This document shows positions 1-13,525 of a stretch of DNA of 64,000 nucleotides, in pieces (within the stretch, counting starts at the first letter, position 1; every line of letters begins with the position of its first letter). Source of the stretch: Mobula birostris (lineage: Eukaryota). The position numbers and the translations under genes were made by a program. The notes beneath the pieces are model-generated. The model was not told where the DNA came from and did no database searches. It saw only the letters and a list, made by a program, of their open reading frames with translations. The stretch is from contig NC_092377.1 in the NCBI RefSeq assembly GCF_030028105.1, positions 145,306,104 through 145,370,103 of the forward strand, given 5' to 3'.

Positions 1-730
1 TATTGTAGGAAATTTGGTCATGATATGGCTAACTGTTTCTTTCCGAGGAAAAAGAAGAAAAAGAACAAGTGGGCCGATCCAGAAGGCTGTGTTGAACGTG
101 TTGAATTACCCATAAACCCACAGGGTTCTGAACATTCTGAAAAAGCTCTCTGAGGTTATGAGATTGAGCAAGTGCCAGTCTGGCATTATATAAAAGACGG
201 AGTGTTAATGAGGACGTGGAAATCACCTTACATCCCTGCAAGTGAGGAATGGGCAATTGTTCACCAAGTTGTAGTTCCTAAACTCTATAGGGATGATATT
301 TTAAATTTGGCAAATAATAAGAGCTTGGGTGGCCATCTAGGGGTGAATAAATTGTGAACGAGATTTTTAAACAATTCTTCTGGCCTGGTTTGAGAAAAAG
401 ATGTTGCAACATTTTGCTGGACTTGTCATACTTGTCAGATTGTGGGTAAACCTAATCAGGTCACCCCAGTGGCCCCACTGCAGTCTTTTCCTACATTTGG
501 TGCATCCTTTTCTAAATTTATTGTGGATTATGTGGACCCATTGCCAAAGACTAAAGCTGGAAGTCAGTATTTGCTAACTATTATCTGTACCACATCCAGA
601 TTCGCAGAAGCAATACCTCTCAGAAATATAAAAGTTAAAACTGTGGCAAAGGCTCTTACAAAGTTGTGATGTTTTTTTTTTTTACTTTATCTGGTTTGCC
701 CAAAGAAATTCAGTCTGATCAACTAAGTAA

Positions 731-840
731 ATTTAAGTAAGGTTAGTCCTGACGAAGGGTTTCGGCCTGGAACGTCGACTGTACCTCTTCCTAGAGATGC
801 TGCCTGGCCTGCTGCGTTCACCAGCAACTTTGATGTGTGT
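731..840 (+). mobile_element. Short Penelope terminal-repeat (pLTR) insertion carrying a hammerhead motif, nested in the gypsy integrase
   Basis: Interrupts the SDQ-x-S-N-F motif. TAAGTAA flanks it at 724-730 and 840-846. Same repeat as at 7950, 33960 and 50384. Confidence 0.8.
745..780 (+). ncRNA. Minimal type I hammerhead ribozyme motif, copy 1 (GAAA box reads GGAA)
   Basis: AGTC-CTGACGA-AGGGTTTCGGCCT-GGAA-CGTC-GACT; helix I AGTC/GACT, short helix II, palindromic ACGT in place of helix III. Confidence 0.75.
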
Positions 841-2672
841 AAGTAATTTTATGCCAGGATTGTTTCAGCAGGTGGTTTATAAACTGGGATCTAAGCAAAT
901 TATGCCTTCTGCATATCATCCAGAAACAAATGGGGCTTTAGAAAAATTCCATTCTACCCTGAAACAATGATTAAGTCATTCTGTAGTGAAAAGCAGAAGG
1001 ATTAGGATGAGAAAGTGCATTTGTTTTTATTTGCTGCAAGGAAGTCAATACAGGAATCACTCGGCTTTAGTCCATTTTAACTTGTATTTGGTCATAAGGT
1101 CGATGATATTTGACCCTGTTAAAGGAACAGTGAATTAATGAGGTCATGCAGATCAATATGTTAGACTATGTTTTGAAATTCAAAGACAGATTACACAAAG
1201 CTTGTGGCTTAGCAGTGGGAAACTTAATGGTTTCTTAAGACAAAAGGAAATGCTGGTATGATAAACCGGCTCGTGTGAAAAAAAATTCCAGTTGGGAGTA
1301 TAAGCCATTGTGTCATTGCCAGTCCAGACAAACACACTTCAGGCGATATATGATGGTTCTTGTGAGGTTTGGCTAAGATAAATGATGTGTCAAAACTCTA
1401 AACCGACGGAAGCCAACTCAGTTACGTCATATAAACATGCTCAAACCATATTTTGATAGACAATGTGCAGTTGTGACTAGGGTGGAAAATAACAATGAGT
1501 CTGGCAACCCTGGGAACGAATAAGTTGACCCATCTGAGGTTTTCTATAAAGCAAACATTGTTTCAGCTAGATGAGCGAACTCGAGTATTTTGAATTTGAT
1601 TAATGAAAAATTGGCCCACTTACAGCCGCAGCAGCGACGGGAGATGAAACAGTTAGTTATGAAATTTAAAGATTTCCCGATGTCCTGAAACTAACGATTA
1701 TAGCCCCCCATGATGTCCACGTCGGGCATTCTAAACCGATTAAACAACATGGTTATCGCATAAATATTGAAAAATGTAAACTTGCTGAACATGAAATTGT
1801 GTATATGCTGAAAAATGGTATTAATCAGCCTTTTAACTCAGATTGGTGTTCACTTCGTGTTATTGTGCCTGAACCAGATGGTCGTGTTAGATTTTCAGCG
1901 ATCATAAAAAGGTGTATGCTGTAATAAAAAAAAAAAAACAGATGTTTATCCGAACGCCAGAGTGAATGATAGCATAGGCAAAGTTGGAAAAGCTAATTTT
2001 CTTGCAAAGATTGATCTATTAAAAGGGTACTGCTGTGTTCCATTGACGGATAAAGGTAGAGAAATTTCTGCATTTGTAACGCCTTTTGAGTTGTATGAAT
2101 ACAACGTTTTGCAGTTTGGAATGAAAAATGCCCCAGGATCATTCCAGAGAATGATTAATTCTGTATTTGAAGGGTTAAAACACACAGATGGCTATATTGA
2201 TGATTTAGTCACAGGGAGTGACATGTGGGAAATACATATCTCTGCGGTGGAGGAGGTGTTTGAAAAGCTCTCGAAGGCCAACCTTACAATTAACTTAGCT
2301 GAGAGTGAACTTGGTCATGCCACTGTGACCTACCTTGGTTATGTTGTAGGTCAGGGCTTGGTTAAGGAAAATGGTTAAGAAGACAAATTAATCTCCAATT
2401 GATCAACAAAGTTTGATTTTGCAGCAATATGATATTATGATAACTCACAGTAAAGGCAAATAATATAATATCATTGCGGATTACATTTCTAGCTGTTAAG
2501 CTTACAATGTATTTTAAGACTGAAGTGGACTTTATTTTGATGTATACGCTTCTGCAGTGTGTTATATTTGGCCGTAGTATGCTATACAACAACCGTACAT
2601 GTATTTCACATTTTGAAGTTTGTAGTTAAAATTTTGCTCTTTTAGATCACATGTTTCCTTTTTGGAGGGAAG

Positions 2673-2785
2673 TGTTAAAGCTTGAGGTCGTACTGTGAGC
2701 GTTACTTTTATATCGTCTGATTGAGGCGGAACTATGGCGTCATCACAGGCTGTGGCAGGCTGCTGTCGACTTGAACAGACAGAGG

Positions 2786-2831
<46 letters not shown>

Positions 2832-3508
2832 GAGAGAGACATTACTCTCGTAGTCTACGCAAGACTTGGATGGAACTACGAACTGCCGGGGCAAGGTTGC
2901 TCCAGAAAGGGTGAAGTCTAAAGCTTTCCCATTACCCAAAAGTTTGGGTTAATCGACGGTACTAGCAACAATGAATGTGTGACTGTCAATTCGTGTAATC
3001 CATAGGAGTAGATTTTGGTGATATCCTGTGGGACCACTTGAGTTAACCCTTGCCTGGATATGTTGTGTGGTAACCACGCAAATATGATATTCCTGGGACA
3101 GGTTTCTTTTAGTGATAATTCGTATATGGACGGATTCTACGGACAAGATCTTCGGCGACTATTACTTTGTTTAACTTACGTGGAACCTGTGGAATGCCTC
3201 GTACTTACCTTTTCTCTGCATTACTGCGTGGATTACAAAAATAAATAAATAAATAAATAAAATCTCTCTCCATCATTTGTTCCGTGACTTACTGAAACTT
3301 TCTAATTTACCATCGTAAGACTTTAATAACTATTCCTAAGCTTGATAGTTACACATATATACACATAACACTGTCAACTTTTGTTTATCTCGTTAGGTTA
3401 CTATATAATGAGTAGATACTAATAAAGTTATGGTTTTAACATTGAAACCTGACTCAGTGTATAATCTATTGCTGCTGGTTCGTTACTAAAATGTTACAAT
3501 TCGTGAGA
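2673..3508 (+). mobile_element. 3' LTR of the Gmr1-like element
   Basis: Polypurine tract GGAGGGAAG (2664-2672) directly followed by TGTTA; AATAAA at 3421; right end approximate. Confidence 0.7.
2788..2838. repeat. (GA)n microsatellite inside the LTR
   Basis: Direct dinucleotide run. Confidence 0.95.
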
Positions 3509-4365
3509 TGACATTTCTTATGTTCCGTTGCGGAAAATTCTGCTGTTAAATCCACAGAGTGTCTCGACCTAATTACATTCCTATATAATGCAGTGGAGAG
3601 ATGGCTGGGAATGTTGTGACACTCGCATTGAGGATGATTAGTTTTATTCGAACTATTATTTTGTGCCTTTCATTCTTTTTAAGTTTCTGATTTCATTTGA
3701 ATTATATTTCTGAAAATATTTCCATGTGCTTCCAGTCAATTTAGAAGTGCTTCCTGAAAAAGTTCCTTCCAACTAAAGATAAAATCGCAGCATATTTTTG
3801 TGTATTGTTCGTATGTGTTTTATTTGCACCCCTTTCTCTACTTTGTTACATTTGTAATGTGTTCCACCATGTCGTCCGTCAATAAGACGATAAGAATTGC
3901 TGCCTAACTTCCCATTGCCTCCCTCTTCAGTCACCAGCATTTGTTTGTTTCTTTTTGTGCAGCTACATCGCTAGTCATTAAGGACTCAGTGTTTAAATGC
4001 CGAAATACTTTGTAAATATGCTAAATGTCATTGCTCTGCGCCTTTGTAATTTATCAGTCTATTGATGAGGTTTTGAGAGAGCCTCTTCTTTCGGCCCTTC
4101 TGATTTGCAAATATAAGTGTTCTTAACATCCTCCTTAAGAACCCCACATTCAACACAGACATTATTGTTGACCAATGACCAATTCTACGAATATCTCACC
4201 ACCATCTTATTAAACTGCCAGTCAATTTCACATCAAAATAATATCGAACGATTCTGTCCTGAGACAACTTATTTTTTTTATGAAGCAGAATTATGGATAA
4301 CTGACCTCTGCTTTCCAAGTGCAAGAAAGGCTTGCTATTGATTTGTTCTGAAATCCGTTACTCAC

Positions 4366-4677
4366 CAGAACAGGTCAGACTGACATCGTTCTTGTGGTTG
4401 CACTGATGAGCCCTTGTGAAATATGGACAGTCGTATAGGCTCGACTCATTACCTTGACATTTAAAGATATTGTTCCATATACGTCCTTTTCCCTCCCCAA
4501 AATAAGCTCCTCCTAGCACAGAAACAGCGACTCCACATTGAAGTTGATTGCACACTACGTTGGCATCATTCATATTCCAGTGCAGGTCACACACCGTTCC
4601 CCATTTTTCACCAAACTGCACTTCCAGTCTTCCCGAGCATTCGTCATTTGCAGACACCAATCTTGCAGTTCTGTGAC
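4366..4677 (-). CDS. SRCR group B domain exon (8 Cys) of a CD163/DMBT1-like scavenger receptor
   Basis: Acceptor ttttctcttcgcatatttctcag, donor G|gtgagt, 312 nt, phase 1-1, open frame: HRTARLVSANDECSGRLEV...WGTVCD...VVCNQLQCG...FGEGKGRIW...CQGNES...C...CNHKNDVSLTCS. Confidence 0.95.
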
Positions 4678-5299
4678 CTGAGAAATATGCGAAGAGAAAA
4701 TATGAGAATGAAAATTATTACAATGTACAGTCAAATCATATTGCGTTCAGCATTTATCATATTCCGAAAGCATGGGGTTCCAATCTGATCTGCGAGAGAT
4801 GACCTGGTTATCCAACAACAGATTGCACCGTACTTATTCATTTCTGATGAATTTATTTTAATGTACATTTTTGCACAACCATGTTTTAAAGCTAATATGC
4901 GTAAGAACAAAGCAGCTAGTAAAATCTGGATCGAGAATATTCTAAAATCAATAACAGACAATCTTTATCGCAGGTGTGTTCGCCTTTTTATCGACATCAT
5001 CCAATTTGACATCAGGATATCAGAACTCAGCAAAAAAGTCCCCGTGCTCTATAATTAAGGCCAAATAAATGATCGTTCACTTAACGAGCTACTTTTCGTT
5101 CTGCACTAGCCACTGTTGTCTCCAGCTGTATTGCCTACAGGAATTGAAAGGCGTTTTGCCGAATTAACCTTCATTGACACTCATGGTCACACCGCCTCAG
5201 TAGAAATATCGCCAAACTTCTCTGACTAAGTCTTTGAAACAGAGAGTATAGAAACACCCTATCAGGACTGACTTCTCGTTGCCCATCAAGAAGTCTACC

Positions 5300-7640
5300 T
5301 GAGCTAACGAATTTCTTTTTTTCGCTCCATATCAAACCAAGCATTTCTTACTCAGGGACCTTTTCCAGTGCCTTTGAAATTATATAAATGTATCTGTTTC
5401 TATTGTTTCCACTGGCAGACCATGCTATATGCACAACATTCTCTGTGTAAAAAAAACAAGTCTCGTAAGCCTATTTCGCCGTCCCGAGTTTCGTCTGACA
5501 GCTTGCATTCTATCTGCACAATATTCCACCCTTCGAGATCGATCACTAAAATACTGTCCTACCTGCGACACTGATGATTTTACAAACCTCAATACGGTAA
5601 TCTGTCCTGCTATCTTCAACTAACATCACCGAATGTGGTCCAAAGTTTATTTTGTTTAAAGCGGTCGAGTCCTGGGAACCTGTTCCTGGTTCTTTGCTGT
5701 TCCCTCTACAGCTTAATAACACCTGTTCCATGCTGTAGCGATCAGAACTGCACATGATACCAAAAGTGCATTGGAATTAACATGGCATGGATATTCATCC
5801 TGATGTCCCCACAGCTGTATTAAAACCCTCGGCCAGTGAAGACAAATTTACCATATGCCTTCTTCACAATCCGGTCTGTTTGCATTGCCAGTTCTGCTGT
5901 AACAAATAATAGTGCTTGCTCCTTCTGTTCAACAAAACTTAACAACTATTCACTTTCTCCCTTTCTTAACTTCCCAAAATAATCTCTTCGCAAATATGTG
6001 ATTAAATTAGAACTTCTATGCCTTTATACAACCTCAAATTTGATCCAGATCCGATTTTACCGATGGACAGCCTGCTTGACTATCGACTATACTGAGTACT
6101 TGGATGTCACTGCACATTTAAAAATCATGCGATCTGCATTGTCATTCAAATACCGATAATATGACGGATAACAAGTCTCTTATCACCAATAAATGGTGAA
6201 TTACCTCACTCTTGATCTCAGGTGGTTCAACCAACATTAAAATCCAAAACATTTACACCCTTGCCAATTCACTTGATCAGCTTTATATACTGTATGGCAT
6301 AAACTATATCTTTGCACCCGATTTCCCACGGATGTAGCCAGCTCGATTATCCTAATGCAGATTTTCTTTTTTTCCGTCTTGCGATTTTCTTCCAGTAACG
6401 AACCATTGGTTGATGTCAGGGTCACCAGTCTTCAATTTTATGGCTTGTACTTGCAGGCCTTCATAAATAAAGGGAAGAGTTATCAAGCCTGCAATCATTT
6501 ACTGATTCAGACATGCCTAACAGAAGTACAGATTTCATCTCATGGATCTTCGCAGTGTTTTCCAATTGTTCAGTTGTTCCTCGTAATGCTCGATGATAGC
6601 ATACAGAACATTTAAATTTAATATTTGATCTCTGTTAGCGCATTACAGAGGTCATTCACTCTGTCAGGGCAACATCTCCGTCATATCTTATTTAATTTAA
6701 ATGTTCGGCTTTTAATTGAATGTGAATATCTGACTGCTTTTCCACCTGATAATTTATATATTTCTATTAGATCATCATTCATTTTTTACTTCCAGTTGGG
6801 TCAGAAGCACTGGGTTTGTCGAGCCTCATAAATAAAATCGAGCGTTTTAGGCACAATTTTTATTCATCTCGTCTTCTCCTCCTCGTGCAAACTCTCATGT
6901 TTCTTGCAAAATTGTGAGCAGAACTGCAGATAATGCTCTAAGTGTGGCCGACCCAGCGTTGCGTCATAACGACTCAACTCCTTAATTTTACAGTGTCACC
7001 TGGAGAGCTAAAGCCATATGCTATATTTCGTCCATTATCCACCTCCATTGTAAGATCAGGGGAGTATGGTGAAACAGCTTTCTGTACATCAAAAAATCGT
7101 CAATATGTCACCTAACACTCTTTCTTGTTGTATATGTCTTGTCGCTGTTTTCTAAAAAAAAACATTACCTCAATTGTTTCGGATCATTTTTTTTAATGTT
7201 CTAACCCACGTTCAATTTGTTCTTTATCCACGTGTAGCCAAATATAATATTTCTTTCCATCAGTATTTCCTAGATAGTTATCATACCACCAGTATTTATG
7301 TCAACTCATTGATATATAGCACACAAAACAAAGTTATCAGCACCAGTGTCTGAGGTATAGCGCTGGTCAGTTTGCTAACATGAAAATCATTCTTCAGTCT
7401 TTCTTCCGATGTGCAGTACATTGTCTAACTAATTAACTTGCTGGACTTTGAAACAATGCGCCTGACATTTCAGAGATATTACTGTGCAAAATTATGAAAA
7501 CGCATTACTAAAGTTTGCTTTTCTACCTGGATCAATATTCTCAGATACTCCACAAACACTCAAATAAATTAGTGAGAAGTGATTAACTCACACAAAGCTA
7601 TGACAAATAATCCAATCCGCAGCTGCATTTCCAGTTATGC
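5300..7640 (-). mobile_element. Old, heavily decayed CR1 LINE ORF2 fragments
   Basis: Nucleotide resemblance to younger CR1 copies in the window (e.g. gatcagaactgcaca...tgccttcttcac; ttgatgtcagggtcaccagtc); no intact ORF. Confidence 0.55.
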
Positions 7641-7949
7641 TTCATCTGGATGAATACAAATACTGTACTGTTGTTCTGAATACCAACCCTTGGGCCCACT
7701 TCGTCAGAAGCCAAGAAGTAGGCCAGACAATGGTTGCACAGCGACATGAACAATTTTAACAATATTATTAAAAAGGTATTTTCATACTTAAGAAACGCTG
7801 AAACGAATCAATTACATTTTATTGATAACAATGCACACGTTATAATTCCTGATGTCAGGGAAATATCATAACATATGTTTGTTCCGTTGTATGTCAATCA
7901 TGAGAATACATTTCCCCAGCTATGTCCTGCCCTATTGAACTAAACAGCT

Positions 7950-8048
7950 AGTCCTGACGAAGGGTCCCTGCCCGAAGCGTCGACTGTACGTCTTCCTAGA
8001 GATGCTGCCTGGCCTGCTGCGTTCTGCAACAACTTTTATGTGCGTTGC
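7950..8048 (+). ncRNA. Penelope pLTR copy 2 with hammerhead motif at 7950-7985 (GAAA box reads GAAG)
   Basis: AGTC-CTGACGA-AGGGTCCCTGCCC-GAAG-CGTC-GACT followed by the shared tail cttcctagagatgctgcctggcctgctgcgttc. Confidence 0.75.
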
Positions 8049-8136
8049 AGGTAGTTCAGGTATGCCAGCTGTGAAGCTATGAAACTGGATTGCTGCCATG
8101 GGAAATGCTGGAAAGAAACGAGGTGTGTGGGGAGGG

Positions 8137-8202
8137 GAAGAGAGAAAGAGAAAGAGAGAGAGAGAGAGAGAGAGACTGAGAGTGAGTGAGAGAGAGAGAG
8201 AG
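8137..8202. repeat. Imperfect (GA)n microsatellite
   Basis: Direct inspection. Confidence 0.9.
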
Positions 8203-8879
8203 CCAGAAAGTGTTGATGTGTCTACTCTTCGCAATATGAAACCTTTCTTTTTTGATGCAAAACAAAATCACTGAAGCTCACATATAGAGCTTGTATAGAG
8301 ATGGTTGCATTGCCTCCCTTGCAGATTCTATTCGCACTGTGCAGCAGCTATTTCTTAGCATCTTCTAAGTTACACATACTGTTGTGTCTGTTCCTATCTC
8401 TCTTCCCCTGTTCGCCGTTTTTTATAGACTTTGCTGTCTATATATCACCCTTTTTCAAAGTATGCCATAAAGGATTGTCCGCACTGATATTCGGGACACT
8501 TTGCAAATTATTAAGGCAATTTTCTTAGTACTTGCAGAATTAACGACATTTTTCTTCATTCTTGGCAAGCAGCTAAGTTGACTGATAATTTCTACAATGC
8601 TGTTTTAAGTGATATGGGGCTGAATTAGTCATCAAGTGTGAGATCATTCATGCGATCAGTATAAATGCTGCATAGTGCAAATAGTACAAATATTCTTTTG
8701 TTGTTATCCTGCTGTGACATTCTGAGCCTATCCATCATGATATCGATACCATCGCAGTCAAACTGCGCACAGCACGGACTAAAAATTCCAAATGCTGTGA
8801 CTACCACTTCAGAAGAGCCTTTCAGGGGCGCCTACACGGTAGTGCGCAATTATATTAAAGCTCGTGGTGTCAGAATTTA

Positions 8880-9010
8880 GAGACCAATTCTTGCGTCCAC
8901 AGTAAGTATTTTCGATGTCTCCCTGTGAATGCACGGGTTTCCCCCCACATCCCAAAGACCTACCGGTTCGTTGGATAATCGGGCATTGTAAATTGTCCCG
9001 GGATTAGCGA
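8880..9010 (+). mobile_element. HE1/V-SINE-like SINE fragment
   Basis: cccacatcccaaagacctaccggtt...gggcattgtaaattgtcccgggattag core; similar to 51300-51600. Confidence 0.6.
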
Positions 9011-9129
9011 CAATACTTTACAATTAATTCTACAATACCATGCTTTCACCGGCGTCAAAACGCATGATTATCTGGCAGTGCATCGGTGGATCAGCCCTGA
9101 TAATACTCAATGACGTTTAGAATATTAGG

Positions 9130-10441
9130 ACAAATTGCCTAATCTGTCTGACAAGATGGAGCCAGGATCGTTTCCCGAAACGAAAATCCTGCCCGAATAA
9201 CCTAGTGCAATTTTTGAGGACATTACAAGCAGGGTAAACAGAAGAGATGTAATATATGTTGTGTACTTGGATTTTCTGAAGGCCTTTGAAAAAGTGCCGC
9301 ACATGTGGCAGCTTAGGTCTCCATGGAATTACAAGGAACTTATTAGGGTGGGTGCAGCAATGGCTAATCGGGAGAAAACGGAGAGTGGGAATAAAGGGAT
9401 CCTATTCTGGCTGTCTGCCAGTTACCAGCGGAGTTTCACATGGGTCAGTGTTGGGACAGTTGCTTTTTACTTTGCACAGTATGTCAATGATTTGGACTAT
9501 GGGCCTAATGGATTTGTGGCTAAATTTGCCAATGATACAAAGATCGGTGGAGAAGTGAGTAGTGTTGAGGAAACAGAGAGCCTGCAGAAAGACTTCGATA
9601 GTTTAGGGGAATGGACAAAGTAGCAGATGAAATACAGTGTTGGAATGTGAATGATCATGCACTTCGATGGAAGAAATAAACGGGCATACAATTATTTAGA
9701 AGGGGAGAGAATTCAAAATGCAGGGATGCAACGGAATTGGGAGTATTTGGGTAGGATACCCTAAAGGTTAACCTCCAGGTTGAGTCGGTGGTAAAGAAGG
9801 TAAATAAAATGTTAGCATTCATTTCTAGAGATATAGAATAAAAGAACAGGGATGTGGTATTTAGGCTCTATAAAGCACCCGTGGGACCACACTTGGAGTA
9901 GTGTGTGCAGTTTGGGCTCCTTATTTTAGAAAGGATATGTTGATATTGGAGGTGGTTCAGAGAAGATTCACGAGAATGATTCCAAGAATGAAAAGGTTAC
10001 CGTATGAAGGACGTCTGCCAGCTGCTGGACTGTATCCCTGGAGTTCAGGAAAATGAGGGGGATCTCATAGAAACATTCCGAAAGTTAAAAGGCCTGGTCA
10101 GATTAGATATGCCGAAGTTATTTCCCATGGTAGGAGAGTCTATGGCAATACTTCAGGATGGCAGGACGTCCATTTAGAACAGAGATGCAGTGAAATTACT
10201 TTAGTCAGATGGTGGTAAATCTGTGGAATTTTTTGCCATAAGTGGCTGTGGAAGCTGAACCATTGGCTGCATATAAGGAAGAGATAGACACGTTCTTGAT
10301 TAGCCGGGCATCAATGGTTATGGGGACAAAGCAGGCGAGTGGGAATGACTGCAAGAATTAGATCAGCCATGATTGAATGGCGGAGCAGACTGGATGGGAC
10401 TAATAACCTACTTCTGTTCCTATATCTTATGGTCTTATGGA
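9130..10441 (+). mobile_element. 5'-truncated CR1 LINE (RT half plus 3' tail)
   Basis: YLDFLKAFEKVPH, GVSHGSVLG, VAKFANDTK motifs; ends in cctatatcttatggtcttatgg. Confidence 0.92.
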
Positions 10442-11868
10442 CTTCATATCCGCCATCTTAAGCATTCGCTCTACCTGGTTGTGAACTAATTGTCACTATT
10501 ACCATAGGATTTGAGAGCAAAAGTCAACATCGGCCAATTTCATGGTACTTACTATGCAGGGTTTTGGAAACAACTCCATTGAACTTACAGAAAATTGGTT
10601 GCTATAAGGGAGCCCGGTCAGGGAGTCACATGTCACCATTACATGCAAATATACCATTTTTTTCTTTTTTACCATCACTCTGAAGGCGTCCTGAAAATAT
10701 TTCACTAAACCATACAGTATCTAGCAACCACTGTTCAAGCAGGTAACCAGCTACTACACTGCGCGTGCGCTTGTGGTGCGAACTTGACAGAGATAATCTA
10801 GCAATGAGATGAAAGTTGCACTGAATGCATTCACGTAGGGGTCTCTCACTCGGTGACACTCAACTAGTGTCATGTCAACATGAGAATTCAAACTGCAGTT
10901 GCTATAATTTAGATGTTAAACCAAAATCTTAGACATGCTCCATATCTCAGGTGACATTTGTAGGCGTACGTATAGAATTACTGTATTTGTTCACCCGAGT
11001 CCCCCGTGTTGCAGCTGGAAATATTGAAGGAAAAATAGATTGCAGAGAAGATGGTGCAAAAGAAGCGTAAATCCTGTTTTTCAGTCCACATTTTCTTTCC
11101 GAGTTGCGGATTTATTGCAACATTTTCTGCTATTATTTCGTTTCTTGGGAGCTGATAGTTTCTCATCGTCAGCTCTATTCGCAGTTGCTGCTTAACTGAC
11201 TGTTCTTCGGTGACCGGGGAGACAAGGGATTTGTGTTCCTCTAGAGGATTGTAATAAAAGAATGGTACAAATATGGTGAATACACGCGTTATTTATATTA
11301 GAAATGATATATCAAACCCTGAACGCATATATTTCGCGGAGATAGGAAATACATCAAAAGGACTCGAAGGACAAGTTCTTCATCCAAACGGTGGTAAGTA
11401 GATGGACGACCCGCAAGAGGAAGTGATTGAGACGGGTAAAGTGACAATGTTTGAAAGCCACTTCGACAGATTAAGGACAGGATTTTTTTTTGATGGGCAT
11501 AAGGACTCACGTGATCAACTAACGCAGCTTATCATGTTGGCCGTCATGGGCTATCTGTTTTCTTTTTTTTTGGGTGGCGAGAAGGGATGAAAGTGGGAGA
11601 ACTGTCCCCGTATTGTTTCACTCTACTAACCAGCAGTTGCATGTGCTGGATCCCGGAACAATTGAAAATAAATTTTGGAGGAACTCGGAGGCAAGACTAT
11701 CATATGTCAGGGAAGAGGAATTTTCGATATTTAATAAAAAGATATCAAAACTGAAACCACAGGCTTCACGTGAGGGACTAAATAATTCAGAAGGACGTAA
11801 GAGGGAACTTTTCACCGACGTACTTGGACAGAAAATATTTGGAGGGAGATAGGGCAGGACAGTTTCTC

Positions 11869-13334
11869 TGTCATGGTCCGGTCCCTGAAGTCCATATTCC
11901 GGTTCAAGGTCCGGTCCATCGACCCATGATCCAGGTTTTCCTGTCTACCTTGTTTCTGGCTTGTTGAGCTCTAATTGAGTCAGCTGATGCTCGTAGGGGC
12001 TGGCTGCATAAATACCTTAGAGACCAGAGTGTGGCTGCTATATTGTTCTTGTCCTTACTCCTTGTATCCCTTCCTCTGCCTTCTGTTTCCTTGCCTGAAG
12101 CCCTGCCTTGTCTTCCCGAAAACTCTCGCCTTGCCCTGCATTGCCTGAAGCCTTGCCTTGTCTTGCTGGTAACTCTCGCCTCGCCTGAAGTTCTCGTCTC
12201 GCCTTGCATTGCCTGAAGCCTTGCTTTCTCTTGCCGGTAACTCTCGCCTCACCTGAAGTTCTCGTCTTGCCTTGCATTGCCTGAAGCCTTGCCTTGTCTT
12301 GCTGGTAACTCTCGCCTCGTCTCGTCTGCAGTCTTGTCCTGGAGCTACCCTGTACCTAGCTCCGTTCCTGTCCTTTGTCTCCGCCCAGGTAAGCCAGGCC
12401 GTCTTGCCGTTACGTGCGGTTGGTTCTGTCCCTTTCTGTTCCATGCCTCCGTCGGGTGGTGATCCGCGCCCTGCCCAGGTGAATCGCGCACTGCCCAGCA
12501 GAACCGCGCTCTGCCCAGGTGAACCGCGCTCTGCCCAGGAGTACTGCGCCCCGCCCAGGGGATTCGCCCCCTGCCCAGGTCATCCGCGCCCTGCCCGGGA
12601 GTACCCCACCCTGCCCAGGAGTACCGCGCCCTCCAAGGGGGAGCCTGCCTAGCCTCAAACCTGAAGACTCCAGCCTCCTGCTTAGTCTCAAGCCTGAAGA
12701 CTTCAGCCTCCTGCCTGGCCTGAAACCCGAATATTCCAGCCTCCTGCCCGGCCTCAAGCCTGGAGATTCCAGCCTCCTGCATAGCCTCAAGCCTGAAGAC
12801 TCCAGCCCCCTACCTAGTCTGAAGCCCGAGTACTCCAGCCTCCTGCCTCCTGCCGAGCTTCGCCTCATGTCTCCAGCCTCCTGCCTCCTGCCAAGCCTCG
12901 CCTCAAGTCTCTGGCCTCCCATCTCCTGCCAAGCCTCGCCTCGTCTTTGGCCTCCTGCCTACTGCCAAGCCTCGCCTCAATTCCCTGGCTTCCTGCCTCC
13001 TGCCAAGCCTCGCCTCAATTCTATGCCCTCCGGCGTCCTGCCAAGCCTCGCCTCAAGTCTGTAAGACTCCAGCCCCGCCCTGCCTGCCAGCCAAGCCTCG
13101 TCCTTACCTAGTTCTGGGGTCCGACCCAGAGGCAGGACGCAAGTGCTGGGTTCTTGTCCAGTCTCTGGCTTGGAGTCCATGCCCGGGCTCCTAGCTCTTT
13201 TGTCCAGTCCTGTTCCAGGTTCCTGGTTTTCCTGTCCATGTCCTTTTCATCGCCCTGTATCCTAGTCCTGTCCCTAGTACTTCAGTAGCTGTGTCTTACA
13301 CTTGGGTCCGTTCCGAGCCACCCTCCTTATGACA
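11869..13334 (+). mobile_element. Solo-LTR-like element, copy 1, with four internal minisatellites
   Basis: TGTCAT...ATGACA termini; TATA-like ataaata near 12008; arrays of 68 bp (12141-12325), 20 bp (12459-12635), 33 bp (12645-12845) and ~38 bp (12845-13065); ends shared with the 37159, 46484 and 48351 copies; TSD not exact (TTCTC/GTCTG). Confidence 0.8.
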
Positions 13335-13434
13335 GTCTGTGCCATGTTGCGCTGTTATTTTAGAGTTGCAAAACCCTTGCCGCTGGAACATGTACAAACA
13401 GACTATAGAGGAAATGATCTGTGGGGGGAAGAGA

Positions 13435-13525
13435 AATTCCCGACGTTTTAGGTCCAGATCTGTGCAGTCCTGACGATATCATTTTACCTGCCACCACAGA
13501 TGCTGCTCGACACTGCTCCAGTAGA
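13435..13525. mobile_element. Degraded, possibly back-to-back Penelope pLTR remnant
   Basis: cgacgttttagg (reverse 3' half) followed by cagtcCTGACGA and cacagatgctgctcga; no GAAA box retained. Confidence 0.4.

Larger units (their letters stand above)
100..2500 (+). mobile_element. Decayed Ty3/gypsy pol, Gmr1-type domain order (integrase, then RT, then RNase H remnant)
   Basis: Integrase zinc-binding region (GGHLGVNK...FFWPG...CWTCHTCQ, 172-440), core (IVDYVDPLP...SRFAEAIPL; YHPETNGALEKFH, 442-960), then RT (KIDLLKGY...FGMKNAPGSFQR...YIDD, 1962-2360). Only the C-terminal tail of RNase H remains (2380-2500). Many stops and frameshifts. Confidence 0.9.

Noticed and set aside
11904-13180. Overlapping 100-181 aa ORFs with periodic peptides (e.g. 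LPSLKPEDSSL)
   Set aside because: Open on both strands because GC-rich minisatellites lack stops; no splice or domain support
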